A stretch of 64,000 nucleotides of DNA, from positions 22,258,001 through 22,322,000 of the forward strand of contig OZ024756.1 in the NCBI GenBank assembly GCA_964016885.1. The letters run 5' to 3'. The notes beneath the pieces are model-generated. The model was not told the DNA's origin and did not search any database. It worked only from the letters and a program-made list of their open reading frames with translations. Made by a program: the position numbers and the translations under genes. Within the stretch, counting starts at the first letter, position 1; every line of letters begins with the position of its first letter. The stretch comes from Eledone cirrhosa. Taxonomy: Eukaryota. Below are positions 1 to 13,207 of the stretch, piece after piece.

Positions 1-200
1 TTCGTTCTCCCCTTCGCTTCTTTTTCTTCCCCTTCTTTCTCCCCTTCGCTTCTTTTTCTTCCCCTTCTTTCTCCTCTTCGCATATTTTGCTTCCCCTTCT
101 TTCTCCTCTTCGCATCTTTTTCTTCCCCTTCTTTCTCCCCTTCGCTTCTTTTTCTTTGCCTTCTTTCTCCCCTTCGTTTCTTTTCTACCTCTTCTTTCTC
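1..200. repeat. CT-rich ~34-bp tandem repeat (TTCCCCTTCTTTCTCCCCTTCGCTTCTTTTTC-like)
   Basis: About 5 imperfect copies visible; the overlapping 60-aa ORF is low complexity. Confidence 0.75.
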
Positions 201-351
201 ACATCTTCATCCACACAGCAATGCGTAATTTCAACGTCACCAATATCATTATCTTCAGCATCATCATAATCATCGTCATGATATATGATCATCATGATTA
301 TAATCAACATCAACATCACTATCTTCAGGACATTATCCTCATCTACCATTA

Positions 352-710
352 GGGCGGTAGATTGGCAGTATTAGTAGAGGGTCGGACGCCATGATTTCAA
401 GCATAGTTACGTCCCTTTACGATCTGAGTTCAAATCCCGCCGAGGTTGACTTTGCCTTTCATCCTTACGGGGTCGATAACATAAAGTACCAGTAATGCAC
501 TGGGTAATTGCTGGCCTTGTGCCTAAAGTAGAAACAAGTATTAGTAGAGGGTTGGATGCCATGCTTTGCAGCATAGAGTTACGGCCCTTTACGCTCTGAT
601 TTCAAATCTCGCCGAGGTTAACTTTGCCTTTCATCCTTACGGAGGCAATAACATAAAGTACCAGTAATGCACTGGGGTAATTGCCGGCCTTGTACCAAAA
701 GTAGAAACCA
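352..710 (+). mobile_element. Two tandem copies of tRNA-derived SINE (family S1)
   Basis: A-box-like TGGCAGTATTAG, B-box GTTCAAATCC, conserved core GCCTTTCATCCTTACGGGGTCGATAA-ATAAAGTACCAG and 3' end GCTGGCCTTGTGCC-AAAGTAGAAAC. Confidence 0.85.
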
Positions 711-2031
711 TCATCATCGTCGTCATCACCATCAACATCACCATCGTCGTCGTCGTCACGATGATGATGATGATGAGCTACTATAGAACAAATAAACCCG
801 TGGAACAATTACTATAACTACGATCATGATAACTACCATCAAAACCATTATTACCGATGGCATGGCAAAATCGTTAGAGCATCGGGCAAAATGTTTTTCG
901 GTATTTGGTTTCGTCCCATAAGGCTCTGATTTCAAATCTCGCCTAAGTCAAATTTGCCTTTCACCCTTTCGGGGTTGATAAAATAAGTTACAAATCAAAT
1001 AATAGGACCCATGTAATCGAATTGCTTGAGAGTATCTTGGCCTGTCTTCACCTTTTCAACCGACCCCCCTAATTGAAATAAAGTTGTGTATAGATCTCAA
1101 ATGACAAGTTTCTACTTGAGACATACTGAACAATATAGCCTGAAGCTTCCTTTTTGTAGAATTCTCGAGACTATCGAAAAAAAAAAAAAGGGAGAGGAGA
1201 AATAATACAAAAAAATCCTATGTTGCTAGAGTAGAAAGCAGCGTGAATGGTGTTACGTAGATATTTTGAGAGGACATACGTGGTCAGAATATTTGCAAAA
1301 CACTAGATGCCATCATGTATATTTAAGTTTATGATGTTAAACCGGAAGTTCAAAGCCGCTATTAAAGAATAAATTTACCACGAGACAATAAAGACTCATG
1401 GACACAGTCACACGAATTGCTAGAAATAGCAGCCAACGTTTGTTCAAATTAAACCGTGCAATCGTCAATAGGCAACGAAACATTGTAAAACATAGTCGAA
1501 GATATATACTGCGACAAGAATCGCATGACTAGAATGCATTTACTCATGTAGTAGCAGTATGTTGAAGATGTTTGCATTTTAACCTCCTTAATCCACGGTT
1601 TTTCCAATGCGACATCTTGGGTAAATCTTTTCTACAATACTTATGGTTTCACAAATATGTTGAGTGGAATTCTGTAGAAGAAGTCAGCACCGAAACGTTA
1701 TGTATATAACAGATAGAAAACTAAGATGAAGACGTTTCAGACATTTTGTTTATCTTAGACATATAATAAGACAGTAATGAAATGGAAATAGTGAGAGATT
1801 CATTCAAGTTCAATTATTATTATATCCATACAGGAGAATGGTGGATTGGCAGTAATCGGTAAATAATCGTACAATATGCTTTGTAGTATATAGTTACCTT
1901 CTGAGTTCAAATCCCATCGAGGTTAGCTTTTCCTTTCATCCTTAAAATGTCGATAAAATAATGTACCAGTAAGGCACTGGGGTCGTTTTAATCGACTTTC
2001 CCCTTCCGCATAAATACTCCCCTTTCGCATT

Positions 2032-2114
<83 letters not shown>

Positions 2115-2191
2115 TAATAATAAATGTGAAGACTAAAACCCGAAGAGGGCTCGATAAGGATAATATATATAACTTTAATCTGTTTTATATA

Positions 2192-2246
<55 letters not shown>

Positions 2247-2248
<2 letters not shown>

Positions 2249-2434
2249 CGAAGGAAATGTGGTAAGGAACCAGGTGGACCATAACGCACCAAAGTACTCA
2301 ATACTTAGGGTAGTAGAGTGGGTAATAGGAACCAGTAAGACCCCGACGGCTGAGCTCAAGCCGTTTCGACGGCTAATGAGAATTAGCCGTCGAAACGGCT
2401 TGAGCTCAGCCGTCGGGGTCTTACTGGTTCCTAT
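2247..2434 (-). mobile_element. Family A palindromic mini-element in (TA)n (Penelope-like pLTR remnant)
   Basis: Perfect 53-bp inverted arms 2325-2377 and 2382-2434 with a GAGA loop, plus a 78-bp one-sided tail. Flanked by (TA)n on both sides, with 10 homologues in the window. Confidence 0.8.
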
Positions 2435-2919
2435 ATATATATATATATACGTATATATACGTATGCCTGTGCTTCGGTGAAAAACCGATGCAGTTGAATA
2501 CTAAAGCTGTAGCTCTCTACTTCATGATTCACAAATTGCTGTAATATTTACCTAAAGTTCATATATATAACTCCTTAATCTGGGCTGACCTGAGGGGGGA
2601 AACAATGACAAGTTTACCACCCAAAATATCTATCATACATTTCAACATAATTTTTGCCAATATTTTCGTTGCTTTTGGCTAACATTCTATTGTTTACACA
2701 CTTTTATAAGTATTATAGCTGTCGCCATCTGAAGTGCCAGCTTTACTAGCTAAATATACAAGCTAGCATCTAAAATTATCACAACTTTTCAGGATAAATC
2801 AACAATTCTATGCTATTGTTGTAGCCATTTGGTAGAATCACAGGTCGGGTGGAATCTCGCCTGAAATGACTTTCCTTGTGTACCACTTGCCGGATATCTT
2901 GCTCTACAGACGCACAAAC

Positions 2920-3150
2920 TAGAAGTGTCGGGTGGTTCAGGATTGGTGGGGTACCTGAGTGGCCCCTGGGTCGTCTACTCCCCTATTGAGGAATTTATTT
3001 GGTTATGTTTATGCATAATTTATTTTATATTTTCATTGTTAAATTGGTTTTGCCATTGTGCACTTTTACTCGAGCTTATTGTAAGCCCCCACTGTCTGTG
3101 TATTTGTAATATCCCCTACATGTCGGCCCTTGTGGCCAATAAATGAAACC
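2920..3150 (+). mobile_element. Probable LINE 3' UTR fragment (L1/Tx1-like)
   Basis: T-rich UTR ending GCCCTTGTGGCCAATAAA followed by (ATT)n; family assignment is inference. Confidence 0.35.
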
Positions 3151-3163
3151 ATTATTATTATTA

Positions 3164-3900
3164 TTGGATTGGCAGAAAATGCTTTCCGGTATTTATTCCG
3201 GTTTATTACGTTCAAATCTCGCCAAGGTGTTGTTTGCTCTTCATCCATTCGTGTTCGATAAAATAAAGTACCAGTAATGCACTGGAGTCGATTTAATCGA
3301 CTTTCCCCTTCCCTTCAAATTGCTGGCCTTGTGCCTGAATCAGAAACGATTATTATTATTGCGATGCACTGGCAGTATCGGTAGAGCGTCGGGTACCGTG
3401 CTTTGCAGTATAGAATTATGCCCGTTTATGATCTGAGTTCAAATCTCGCCTAGGTTAGTTTTGCCTTTCATCCTGACGGGTTCGATATAATAAAGTACCA
3501 GTAATACACTGGATTCGATTTAATCGACTTTACCCTCACCCCAAATTGTTGGGCATGTGCCTAAAGTAGATATCATTGTAGTTACGGTCCTTTACGTTCT
3601 TTGCCTTTCATCCTGACGGGGTCGATAAAATAAAGTAACAGTAATTGTCTCTACTTTAGGCACAAGGCCAGCAATTGCCCAGTGCATTACTGGTACTTTA
3701 TGTTATCGACTCTGTAAGGATGAAAGGCAAAGTCAACTTCGGCGGGATTTGAACTCAGATCGTAAAGGGACGTAACTATGCTGGAAAGCATGGCGTCCGA
3801 CCCTCTACTGATACTGCCAATCCACCGCCCTTAAGTATAAAATAAAGTAACAGTAATGAACTGGGATAATTTTTGGCCTTGTGCCAAAAGTAGAACAATT
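3164..3900. mobile_element. Cluster of four S1 SINEs, including a minus-strand copy (3646-3830) nested in a plus-strand copy
   Basis: S1 motifs on both strands; a 21-bp duplication ATAAAATAAAGTAACAGTAAT at 3625-3645 and 3837-3857 flanks the inverted copy. Confidence 0.85.
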
Positions 3901-4372
3901 ATTATCATTATTTTTTATTCGTTTTTGCTTCCTTCTTTGTTTCATACCTCCAAGCAGAGACAGAAAAACAGAAAGAAACGGTGATCAACAAAAATGATAC
4001 TGATTCCATTTGGCAATGTTTGCTCACACGAAAACATTTTTTTCATCTTTAATATCTGAAATATTTTCCTCTTCGTCTTAATATAATTATCTTTGATAAA
4101 GTGAGAGAGTGAGCGACAGAGAGACCGAGAGAGAGAGAGATAGAGAAAATAAAGAAATAATGGGAAGTATAAGAGAGAGCGACTGAGGTATTGCTCTCTT
4201 TCTTTCACTTTTATCAAAGAATATTGACGCAGCATGATTAAAGTCGGCTGTCCTTCGAATGAGATTTTCACCACCTCACCTGTTTCCCCCTTGCTTATAT
4301 TATAAATGAAATATATAACTTATTTGGCTGAATGTTTTATACATTATGTGACATTATTTACATTGTAGATTA

Positions 4373-4790
4373 GGGCGGCGGATTGGCAGTATCGGTAGAG
4401 CGTCAGGCACCATGATTTGCAGCGTGGAGTTACGGCCCTTTATGATCTGAGTTCATATCTCGCCGAGGTTAACTTTGTCTTTCATCCTCATGCTCTCGTT
4501 AAAATAAAATACCACTCACGCACTGGGGTCGATTTAATCGACTTTCCCCTCCTCTAAAATCGCTGGCCTTGTGCATATATAAGAAACCATTATTTATATA
4601 TTGGCAGTGGATTGGCAGCATCGGTAGAGGGTCGGACACCATGCTTTCCAGCATAGTTAAGTCCCTTTACGATCTGAGTTCAAATCCCGCCGAGGTTGAC
4701 TTTGCCTTTCATCCTTACGGGGTCGATAAAATAAAGTACCAGTAATGCACTGGGTAATTGCTGGCCTTGTGCCAAATGTAGAAACAATTA
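4373..4790 (+). mobile_element. Two S1 SINEs (long variant with GTCGATTTAATCGAC palindrome, then short variant)
   Basis: Full A box, B box, core and tail in both copies. Confidence 0.85.
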
Positions 4791-4927
4791 TTTATATTGT
4801 GATTAGATAGGTTGATAACAGAAACGATGAAGAATCGAGCGACAATCAGAGAAAGTTCTACAGTATATTTTCTGCTCCGCATACGAATTGAGTTCAAATA
4901 CCAAGATCGGAGATACAATATAATGTA

Positions 4928-5125
4928 CGAGAGTCTACTGAAAAGTCCATAGCCTGACAATGACAGATTGGCGCTAGAGTTGTGAAAGCCTTCATGCATT
5001 AATTTCAACACTTCTTATTAAAAACAGCAATGTTCCTTTCCATGGACTATGCTTATAAATAAACCTCATTTGGTCATTCCACGAGAGTAGCTTGGTCAGC
5101 CTATTAACCTTTCAGCCGACCATCG
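4928..5125. mobile_element. Tc1/mariner-type MITE
   Basis: TA-flanked imperfect TIRs CGAGAGTCTACTGAAAAGTCCATAGCCTGAC and GTCAGCCTATTAACCTTTCAGCCGACCATCG; homologues at 54537-54723 and 29960-30082. Confidence 0.7.
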
Positions 5126-5129
5126 TAAA

Positions 5130-5235
5130 AGCGTGGGCCCCCATTTGCTCATAAGAGTGAGAGATGGGAGAATCTAGAGAGACGGTTGCAGTGACAATGG
5201 GATTTTGTTTCTTTGTGTTCGGACCTGGTGTATAT
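5130..5235 (+). mobile_element. CRE-clade LINE 3' UTR fragment
   Basis: Homologous to the UTR after the RLE ORF at 54225-54315 and 19690-19770 (GGGCCCCCATTTGCTC...TTCGGACCTGGTG). Confidence 0.55.
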
Positions 5236-7065
5236 GTAGAGGTTTCATGAAAGTAAGATATTTGATAACCGTAAATGCAGGACAATGGAATAACAGTAGC
5301 TTGTCATAATAATTCCATTCAGTGTCGTTCTTATTGTTGTCTATCAATTTAATCAGAGCCTATATGTGGTCGCCATGTCTGCAGGAAATAGCAGCCAAAT
5401 CACTATCAAATCTTACCAAGGAACGTATTAATCAGTGTTTCGTCTTAGACACACTATGTATGAAATAAAAAAAGAATAATCATTGTTGGAATACTTTTGA
5501 TCTTCCAGCTATAAACAATATTTGGATCCATGGAAGTTACGAAAAAATTCAACAGAACCTCCTAACTACTTTACAGCTTCCTCCGCTTCTAATTTTTCCT
5601 TCATCTTTTTTATGCTTATTTTACCTCCCGTTGGCATTCCCAATTTAATGTATTTTATTTCATTTCAATTTAAATTTTATTTTCACTTCTGAATTTTTTT
5701 TTTGTTTCTCAACTGTAGAATGTACTAGATACCTCACCTAGTATTTCATGGCTTACTAGTTCTATAAGGACGTTTACATTGATTAAATGAATAAATAAAT
5801 AAATGCAATTCATGATATTGACTCAATTTAACTAACTCAATGCATAGCATAATGATAAGGTTAATGTAATAGTGTAAACACGCGTGCGTGCGCGCGTGTG
5901 TGCTTGTGCCTGTGTGTGCGCCTGTGTGTGTGCGTGTGTGTAGCAGTTTAAATATCCATATGATGTCGGGAGGGGCGACGAATTGGACTAAGTCGTTAGA
6001 ACGTCGGATAGAATACTTTGCGGTGTTTGTTTCAGCTCTCTCTGCTCTCTGAATTCAAATCACGCCGAGGTCAGCTTCTTGTGACGCTAAACTCCGCCAG
6101 TTAGAGACTGCGCATAAACATGAGATATCTCTCTCCAGAAAGTTCCATCACCAGCAGCAGAGTTCAAAGAGCAAAGATCAAGTCCAGTCCAAAAGTCCAT
6201 CGTTTTGGCAGCTTTGCCTTTTATCTATTCGAGGTCAACAAAAAAAGTACCAGTCTAGAACCGAGATCGACACTTCTATATTTCTTTCTCACTACCTTTC
6301 TCTGTAAGAAATCTGCTGTATTCAGACTTGGAGAGGACTGGGTTCCGCCAGAGTTAAAAATGCCTTCAAAACACCGTATATCAATACGACCGGTGCCCTT
6401 ACGACTCCTTCGGGAGTCGCTGGGCCATCCGCCAATCTATAGTGTCAGGAGAAATAAATCTTACACGGAGTTTTATAATATATATAATATACTCCAAGGT
6501 GTATAAGGCAGTTTTACATAAGCTATTATGTTGCCCGAGCCCACAGGTTAATCAGGAAAAAAGTATTTCAAACGAACATAGAATCATACGATACAAATAG
6601 AAAAATAACAAAACCAAACGTGAGATTTCGGTGGCAAGTTAGATTAAGCGGAAATACTTTCATCCTAACATAACGCCCCAACACTCACCACCTCAGTGTC
6701 GTTGGAGGGATTACAGAATGTATTGTGTGACCATATGGGACACGTATGTATTTCGTATATGTGTGTGTTTTATTTCTGGATAAAGTTTTATTTTCAGAAC
6801 CGTGTATATAAGAACTGTGATGTGTTTAATAAACTTTTTTTAATAGAAGAATGTGTAGCGCTTTGATTTAAAATTATTTTATTCGTTGTAGTCATGTAAT
6901 TGCATTAAATTCCCTGGCTAACTGTCAATCATTTCAATTTTTATATTCCAGTCTTTTACTTAGTTCATCGATTTTAATACCTTAAAAAAATAGTGTATAG
7001 GATAAAAGTAAATATTAGACGGTATACACGTAATCACATTAAGACATACATTAACCACACACACA

Positions 7066-7097
<32 letters not shown>

Positions 7098-7149
7098 CTC
7101 GTATATATATATACGTATGTATGAGCTAGACAACCCCCCCCCCCCCCCC

Positions 7150-7410
7150 CACCGCAATAGGACGTCACTGTGTGGTGCCAAAGGTCCTATCTTACACAGA
7201 ATAAGGAGGAGTTATTGCAATAGCCTGGGATTCAGAGGGCCCCAACTCTTCAAGAGGGTGAGAAGAAATTTGAGAGATGTGCATGATGTGGACATGGATG
7301 TCTTCAAGAAATATCTTGACGCCCTGCTATCCAGGATCCCGAATGAGCCTACAGCACTGTATGAAGGTAACCTAAGGGCAGCAGCAGCAGCACAACAAAC
7401 TCACTCCTAA
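7150..7410 (+). mobile_element. 3' end of a CR1-like LINE ORF2
   Basis: YCNSLGFRGPQLFKRVRRNLRDVHDVDMDVFKKYLDALLSRIPNEPT fits the CR1-group C-terminal motif (RGPxLFNxLPxxLR...FKxxLDxxLxxIPDEP). Confidence 0.7.
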
Positions 7411-8226
7411 ACCAATGGCCAGCCAACACAGGCTGGAGATAGAATGTGTAGCAAGAAGGGCGGTACCCCTGCATGGCCTCAGAAGCAACAAACTCACTCC
7501 TAAACCAATGGCCAGCCAACACAGGCTGGAGATAGAATGTGTAGCAAGAAGGTCGGTACCCCTGCATGGCCTCAGCAGCAACAAACTCACTCCTAAACCA
7601 ATGGCCAGCCAACACAGGCTGGAGATAGAATGTGTAGCAAGAAGGGCGGTACCCCTGCATGGCCTCAGAAGCAACAAACTCACTCCTAAACCAATGGCCA
7701 GCCAACACAGGCTGGAGATAGAATGTGTAGCAAGAAGGGCGGTACCCCTGCATGGCCTCAGAAGCAACAAACTCACTCCTAAACCAATGGCCAGCCAACA
7801 CAGGCTGGCGATAGAATGTGTAGCAAGAAGGTCGGTACCCCTGCATGGCCTCAGCAGCAACAAACTCACTCCTAAACCAATGGCCAGCCAACACAGGCTG
7901 GAGATAGAATGTGTAGCAAGAAGGGCGGTACCCCTGCATGGCCTCAGAAGCAACAAACTCACTCCTAAACCAATGGCCAGCCAACACAGGCTGGAGATAG
8001 AATGTGTAGCAAGAAGGGCGGTACCCCTGCATGGCCTCAGAAGCAACAAACTCACTCCTAAACCAATGGCCAGCCAACACAGGCTGGAGATAGAATGTGT
8101 AGCAAGAAGGGCGGTACCCCTGCATGGCCTCAGAAGCAACAAACTCACTCCTAAACCAATGGCCAGCCAACACAGGCTGGCGATAGAATGTGTAGCAAGA
8201 AGGTCGGTACCCCTGCATGGCCTCAG
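7392..8226 (+). repeat. 93-bp tandem array, 9 copies, derived from the LINE 3' end
   Basis: AGAATGTGTA recurs at 7441, 7534 and so on (period 93, i.e. 31 aa in ORF 7415-8287); only 3 variable sites. Confidence 0.95.
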
Positions 8227-8626
8227 CCGGATGCCTGGAACTGGTAAAATAATATATATAATATATATATATAATATATATATATAATATATATATAATA
8301 TATATATAAATATATATATAATATATATATAAATATATATATATATATATTAAAGAATGATATTAAATAAATGGAAACTATATATATATATATACATGCA
8401 TACATGTATATATATATACATAGATATACATATACATAGATATACATACGCACATAGATATAGACACATAGATATAGACACATAGATATACATACATAGA
8501 TATATATACACACACACACACATATATACATAGATATACATATACATAGATATACATATGAACATAGATATAGACACACAGATATATATACATAGATATA
8601 CATACATAGATATATATACCCACACC

Positions 8627-8722
<96 letters not shown>

Positions 8723-9197
8723 TATACACACATACATATATATGCACACATACATAACTATTGTTGTATCCGTTTTTCCTCTTCACTTTTGACTTATTCG
8801 TAGCCCGAAGTATTTGTAGAATATCGTATATATTCGTTGAACAATTTCAGCGAGTTATACGTCATTTAACTGAGTTCAGATGTACTGTGCGTTGTGGAAA
8901 TCTCATGATTCAGGTTACATACAACCATGCACACACACATGTACACCTGCATACTGCAATGTGCTTAGAGTTATATGTAGATATATATACACAGATTGGT
9001 TTATATTATTTCGCTATCTCTCTATATATCTATATATCTATATCTATATATATATATATATATACTGTATATATATATCATGATGATATAATTGCGTCTT
9101 ACTTGCCTTCACATTGTAAAGAAGCGGAAAGGGGGGTTATTCTTATTGTCATTTGATTAGTATGTATGTATGTATGTGTGTGTATATATATGTATAC

Positions 9198-9280
<83 letters not shown>

Positions 9281-9757
9281 CACACATATACACACACATA
9301 TATATACACATACATACATACATATGGTGGATGTTATGTGTACGTGAGTGTGTGTCTGTTTGAATGTGTACATTTTTATTTATGGTGGTTGTATTCTATT
9401 CAGATACATCATACTGGCCTAGAAGCTTACTTTGGAATCATAAGATTCATTATTCAACCTCTTCATCAAGTAGCACATGAAAGTACATTTTACCCTAGTC
9501 TCCATTCAAAGCATACTTTATATTAGATGGAAACTCTTTTGGAACTTTGGAGATGGGTCCAAAGAGCCAAAAAACCACACTCGACCCAAAAATTCTTACT
9601 TGGATTCTTCCTCAGAATTGAGGAACCTTGTTGACGTTGCAAATATGTTTGTCATATAAGGCCATGTACAAATATATAGAACGACATGAAGAGGATCTAG
9701 TTTATCTAGCAACGTGAATATTCTACGGACACAGTCAATTATTTATACATCTCACAA

Positions 9758-9816
<59 letters not shown>

Positions 9817-10327
9817 CACACATATGTATATACATATATGTACACAAATATACACACATACACATATATACACATATACACACATATATATATATATACA
9901 CATACACACACACACACATATATATATACATATATGCATACACATATACACAAACCCATATACACACATATACACACACATATATATATATATACGCGAA
10001 ATACTAATTCATCCTTTTTCCTTACATTTTCTGTCTTTGTCTTTCGTATAATTTGGTCCCTCTTCCTCTCTATTTCTCAATACTCCCCCTCCCTCCCCAC
10101 TCACTCCCTCACTCTCCCTCTCACTCCATATGAGTCACGTTTTCCTTCCCAACAAAAAATCATTTCGATAGATTCTTATTGTGATTGAATGAGTGAATTA
10201 GTTCTGAGATTGCATAAGTAATTTTTACTGATGAGAGTGTATGTACGAACACGTCAAAAGAGTGAGAATAGTAAGAGTGTGTCTGAATAGACAATGATGC
10301 ATTAGAGAATGTGTGTGTTTGTGTGCC

Positions 10328-10465
<138 letters not shown>

Positions 10466-11031
10466 CGCGTGTGTGTGTGAATGAATCTGTGGATGTGCGG
10501 CTGTGATCAAATGAAGAAAGTAATGCTTAGATATCAGCGAGAGAATAACGTGTTAATCAATAGAATTGTTGTGTGTCTTTATTTTAATCAATCGGCATTC
10601 ATTTTCTAAGACTTGCCCCAGTTACAGAGATTCAAGATATATACAGAATTAACAGCAACGACTGCAACAATGACAACAACAACAACAACTACGTCATGAG
10701 CGTGAAGAAAAATAAATAAAGAATAAACCATTTAACATTTAAATCAGCCATATCCGGCCAGAATTCCCTCAGTTCTTTCTGTTCAAACCGCCTGTAATTG
10801 GCCACTCACACTGATGTTAAGGTATTTTTCTCAAAATAAATAATATCAAAATCTCATAGATTCGATATTATGTGAGATAAAGGCTTTACCACGAAAATAC
10901 AATAGTATATGTACAATAAAGTAAATGCTAAAAGGTTAAAGAAAAAAAAATTAAATGGTGGGGTTTTGGCTTAAGTCAGTTAAAAAGCAAATAAAGAACA
11001 AAAATAGCTTAACGCATGGACCGTCTACTTC

Positions 11032-11165
11032 ATGGAGAATCCTGGTGTCCTTGGACCTAGTGCTACCTCCCTTTTCACCACCATCGCAGGTGTGAACCTT
11101 TCGAGGTGGAATGGCCCTTTCAGCGCGTCTCCCTCACCATCCCTCGGAGAAACACCTTTTCTATA
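11032..11165 (+). mobile_element. CRE-clade LINE RLE-domain fragment with internal deletion
   Basis: MENPGVLGPSATSLFTTI / [26 protein letters not shown], homologous to the 23447-23887 copy. Confidence 0.7.
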
Positions 11166-11763
11166 ATGGTGGTAATAGCTACCTCATTCATTATCACCTC
11201 ACAGAAGTGTGTGTATGTATGTGCGTGTGTGTGTTTCTTATATCTGTATATGTCTAATGCTTCTGTGCTTTGTAACTCAATACGTGACCGCCAGTTTCTT
11301 TTATGGCTGAAATAGGGAAATCTTAATTGTGTGTGTATACCGGCATGTTTGTATGTTTGCAAAACTTTCTTACTCTCAATATATTGTCTGTATGAATGTA
11401 TACATATATATATATATATATACATACATACATATATATATATATATACATACATATACATACATATATATATATATACATACATATACATACATACATA
11501 CATATACATACATATACATACATACATACATACATACACATACATACATACATATACATACATACATACATACATACACATACATACATACAAATATATA
11601 TATATATATACATACATACATATACATATATATGTGTGTATATATATATACACACATATATATATACACATAAACATATATATATATATATACACATAAA
11701 TATATATATATATATACACACATATATATACACACACATATATATATATACACACACATATAT

Positions 11764-11808
<45 letters not shown>

Positions 11809-11943
11809 TATATATACACATAAACATATATATATATACACATAAATATATATATATATATATATATATACATACATATATATACACACATATATATACA
11901 CACACATATATATATATATATATATACATACACATATATACAC

Positions 11944-11988
<45 letters not shown>

Positions 11989-13118
11989 TATATACATGTG
12001 TATATATATATATAAATATATATATAAATATATATATATACACATATATACATGTGTATATATATTATGTGTGTGTGCATGCGTGTATTCTTGCGTGTGG
12101 CATGGAGTCGTGTTTTTGTTTGGGGATCACGTACGTTGAATTGAAATTGCAGTCTAGAAGTACAAGCCTTTTGGTAAAATGCTCTTAAGTAGATTATCAA
12201 CAGTATCTAAAACTGTTTGCAAACGACGCCATTTTATTTTTTCTTTACTGGAGTATGACATTTTAGGAATCAACGCTTAACCTACTCAAACGATAGAGTA
12301 AGTTTTTGAAAAATATTGAAGCATTAGTCTAATGGATTTTGTTAAATATTATTTACGAATCACCTGATATGGTAATTGTAATTATGTTATTGGTTTATAG
12401 ATTAGTGACTTTCTATGAAGAGAAAAACTATGCAGCTTTATTTAAATCATTACAAAAATGTTTATTCATCTACGTATTTCATCATTTCAATATAATTAGA
12501 CAAACACACATATACACATGCATGTGTGTATACGTGTGTGTAAGCTTGTGCCAGCGCGTGTGTGTATATATACATTTATTTGATCATATCGAATATGCAC
12601 ATAAAACAAAACCGTAATTCATGGCTAACAGACGACAAACAACGCTGAACCAACTGTCTTTCTCACTCGCTGAGATATTTCTTTCTCCACTCTCTTTCAC
12701 TCACTCTCTCTCTCTGGCTTCCTCTCTCTGTCACCACCTTTATTTCTCTTTTTTTAAACATATTATAACACTCGAATGGTTTCTGCTCCTCTGGACTTTG
12801 AAAGCTTTACAATTCAAACCAGAAAATCAATCGAAATAACTCCCCATCCTGTTTCGTCTTCTGTGATGTCTTACTTCATAGACACACCCGCAATAGCCAC
12901 TTCATTCTAACTTCTCTCCTTTAAACACCAATCATCTAGCTATATATATATATATATACTCTGTTATGTATTCAGTACCTTACTTACTGTGGTTACTCCG
13001 ATTGAACTCGGAATAAACATATATACATATATATATATAATAAAAAGTTGACGGGTCTAGCATGGGCTTCACTTCTAGTACAGCAATATATATATATATA
13101 TATATATAGTGTGTGTGT

Positions 13119-13207
<89 letters not shown>

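Noticed and set aside
2325-2434. Family A hairpins as pre-miRNAs or conventional MITEs
   Set aside because: Multi-copy with variable loops and a constant one-sided tail; the termini are asymmetric, unlike TIR elements.
7349-8287. 290-aa repeat ORFs or a CRISPR-like array
   Set aside because: Contiguous 93-bp units without unique spacers, derived from a LINE 3' end; ORFs on both strands are a by-product.
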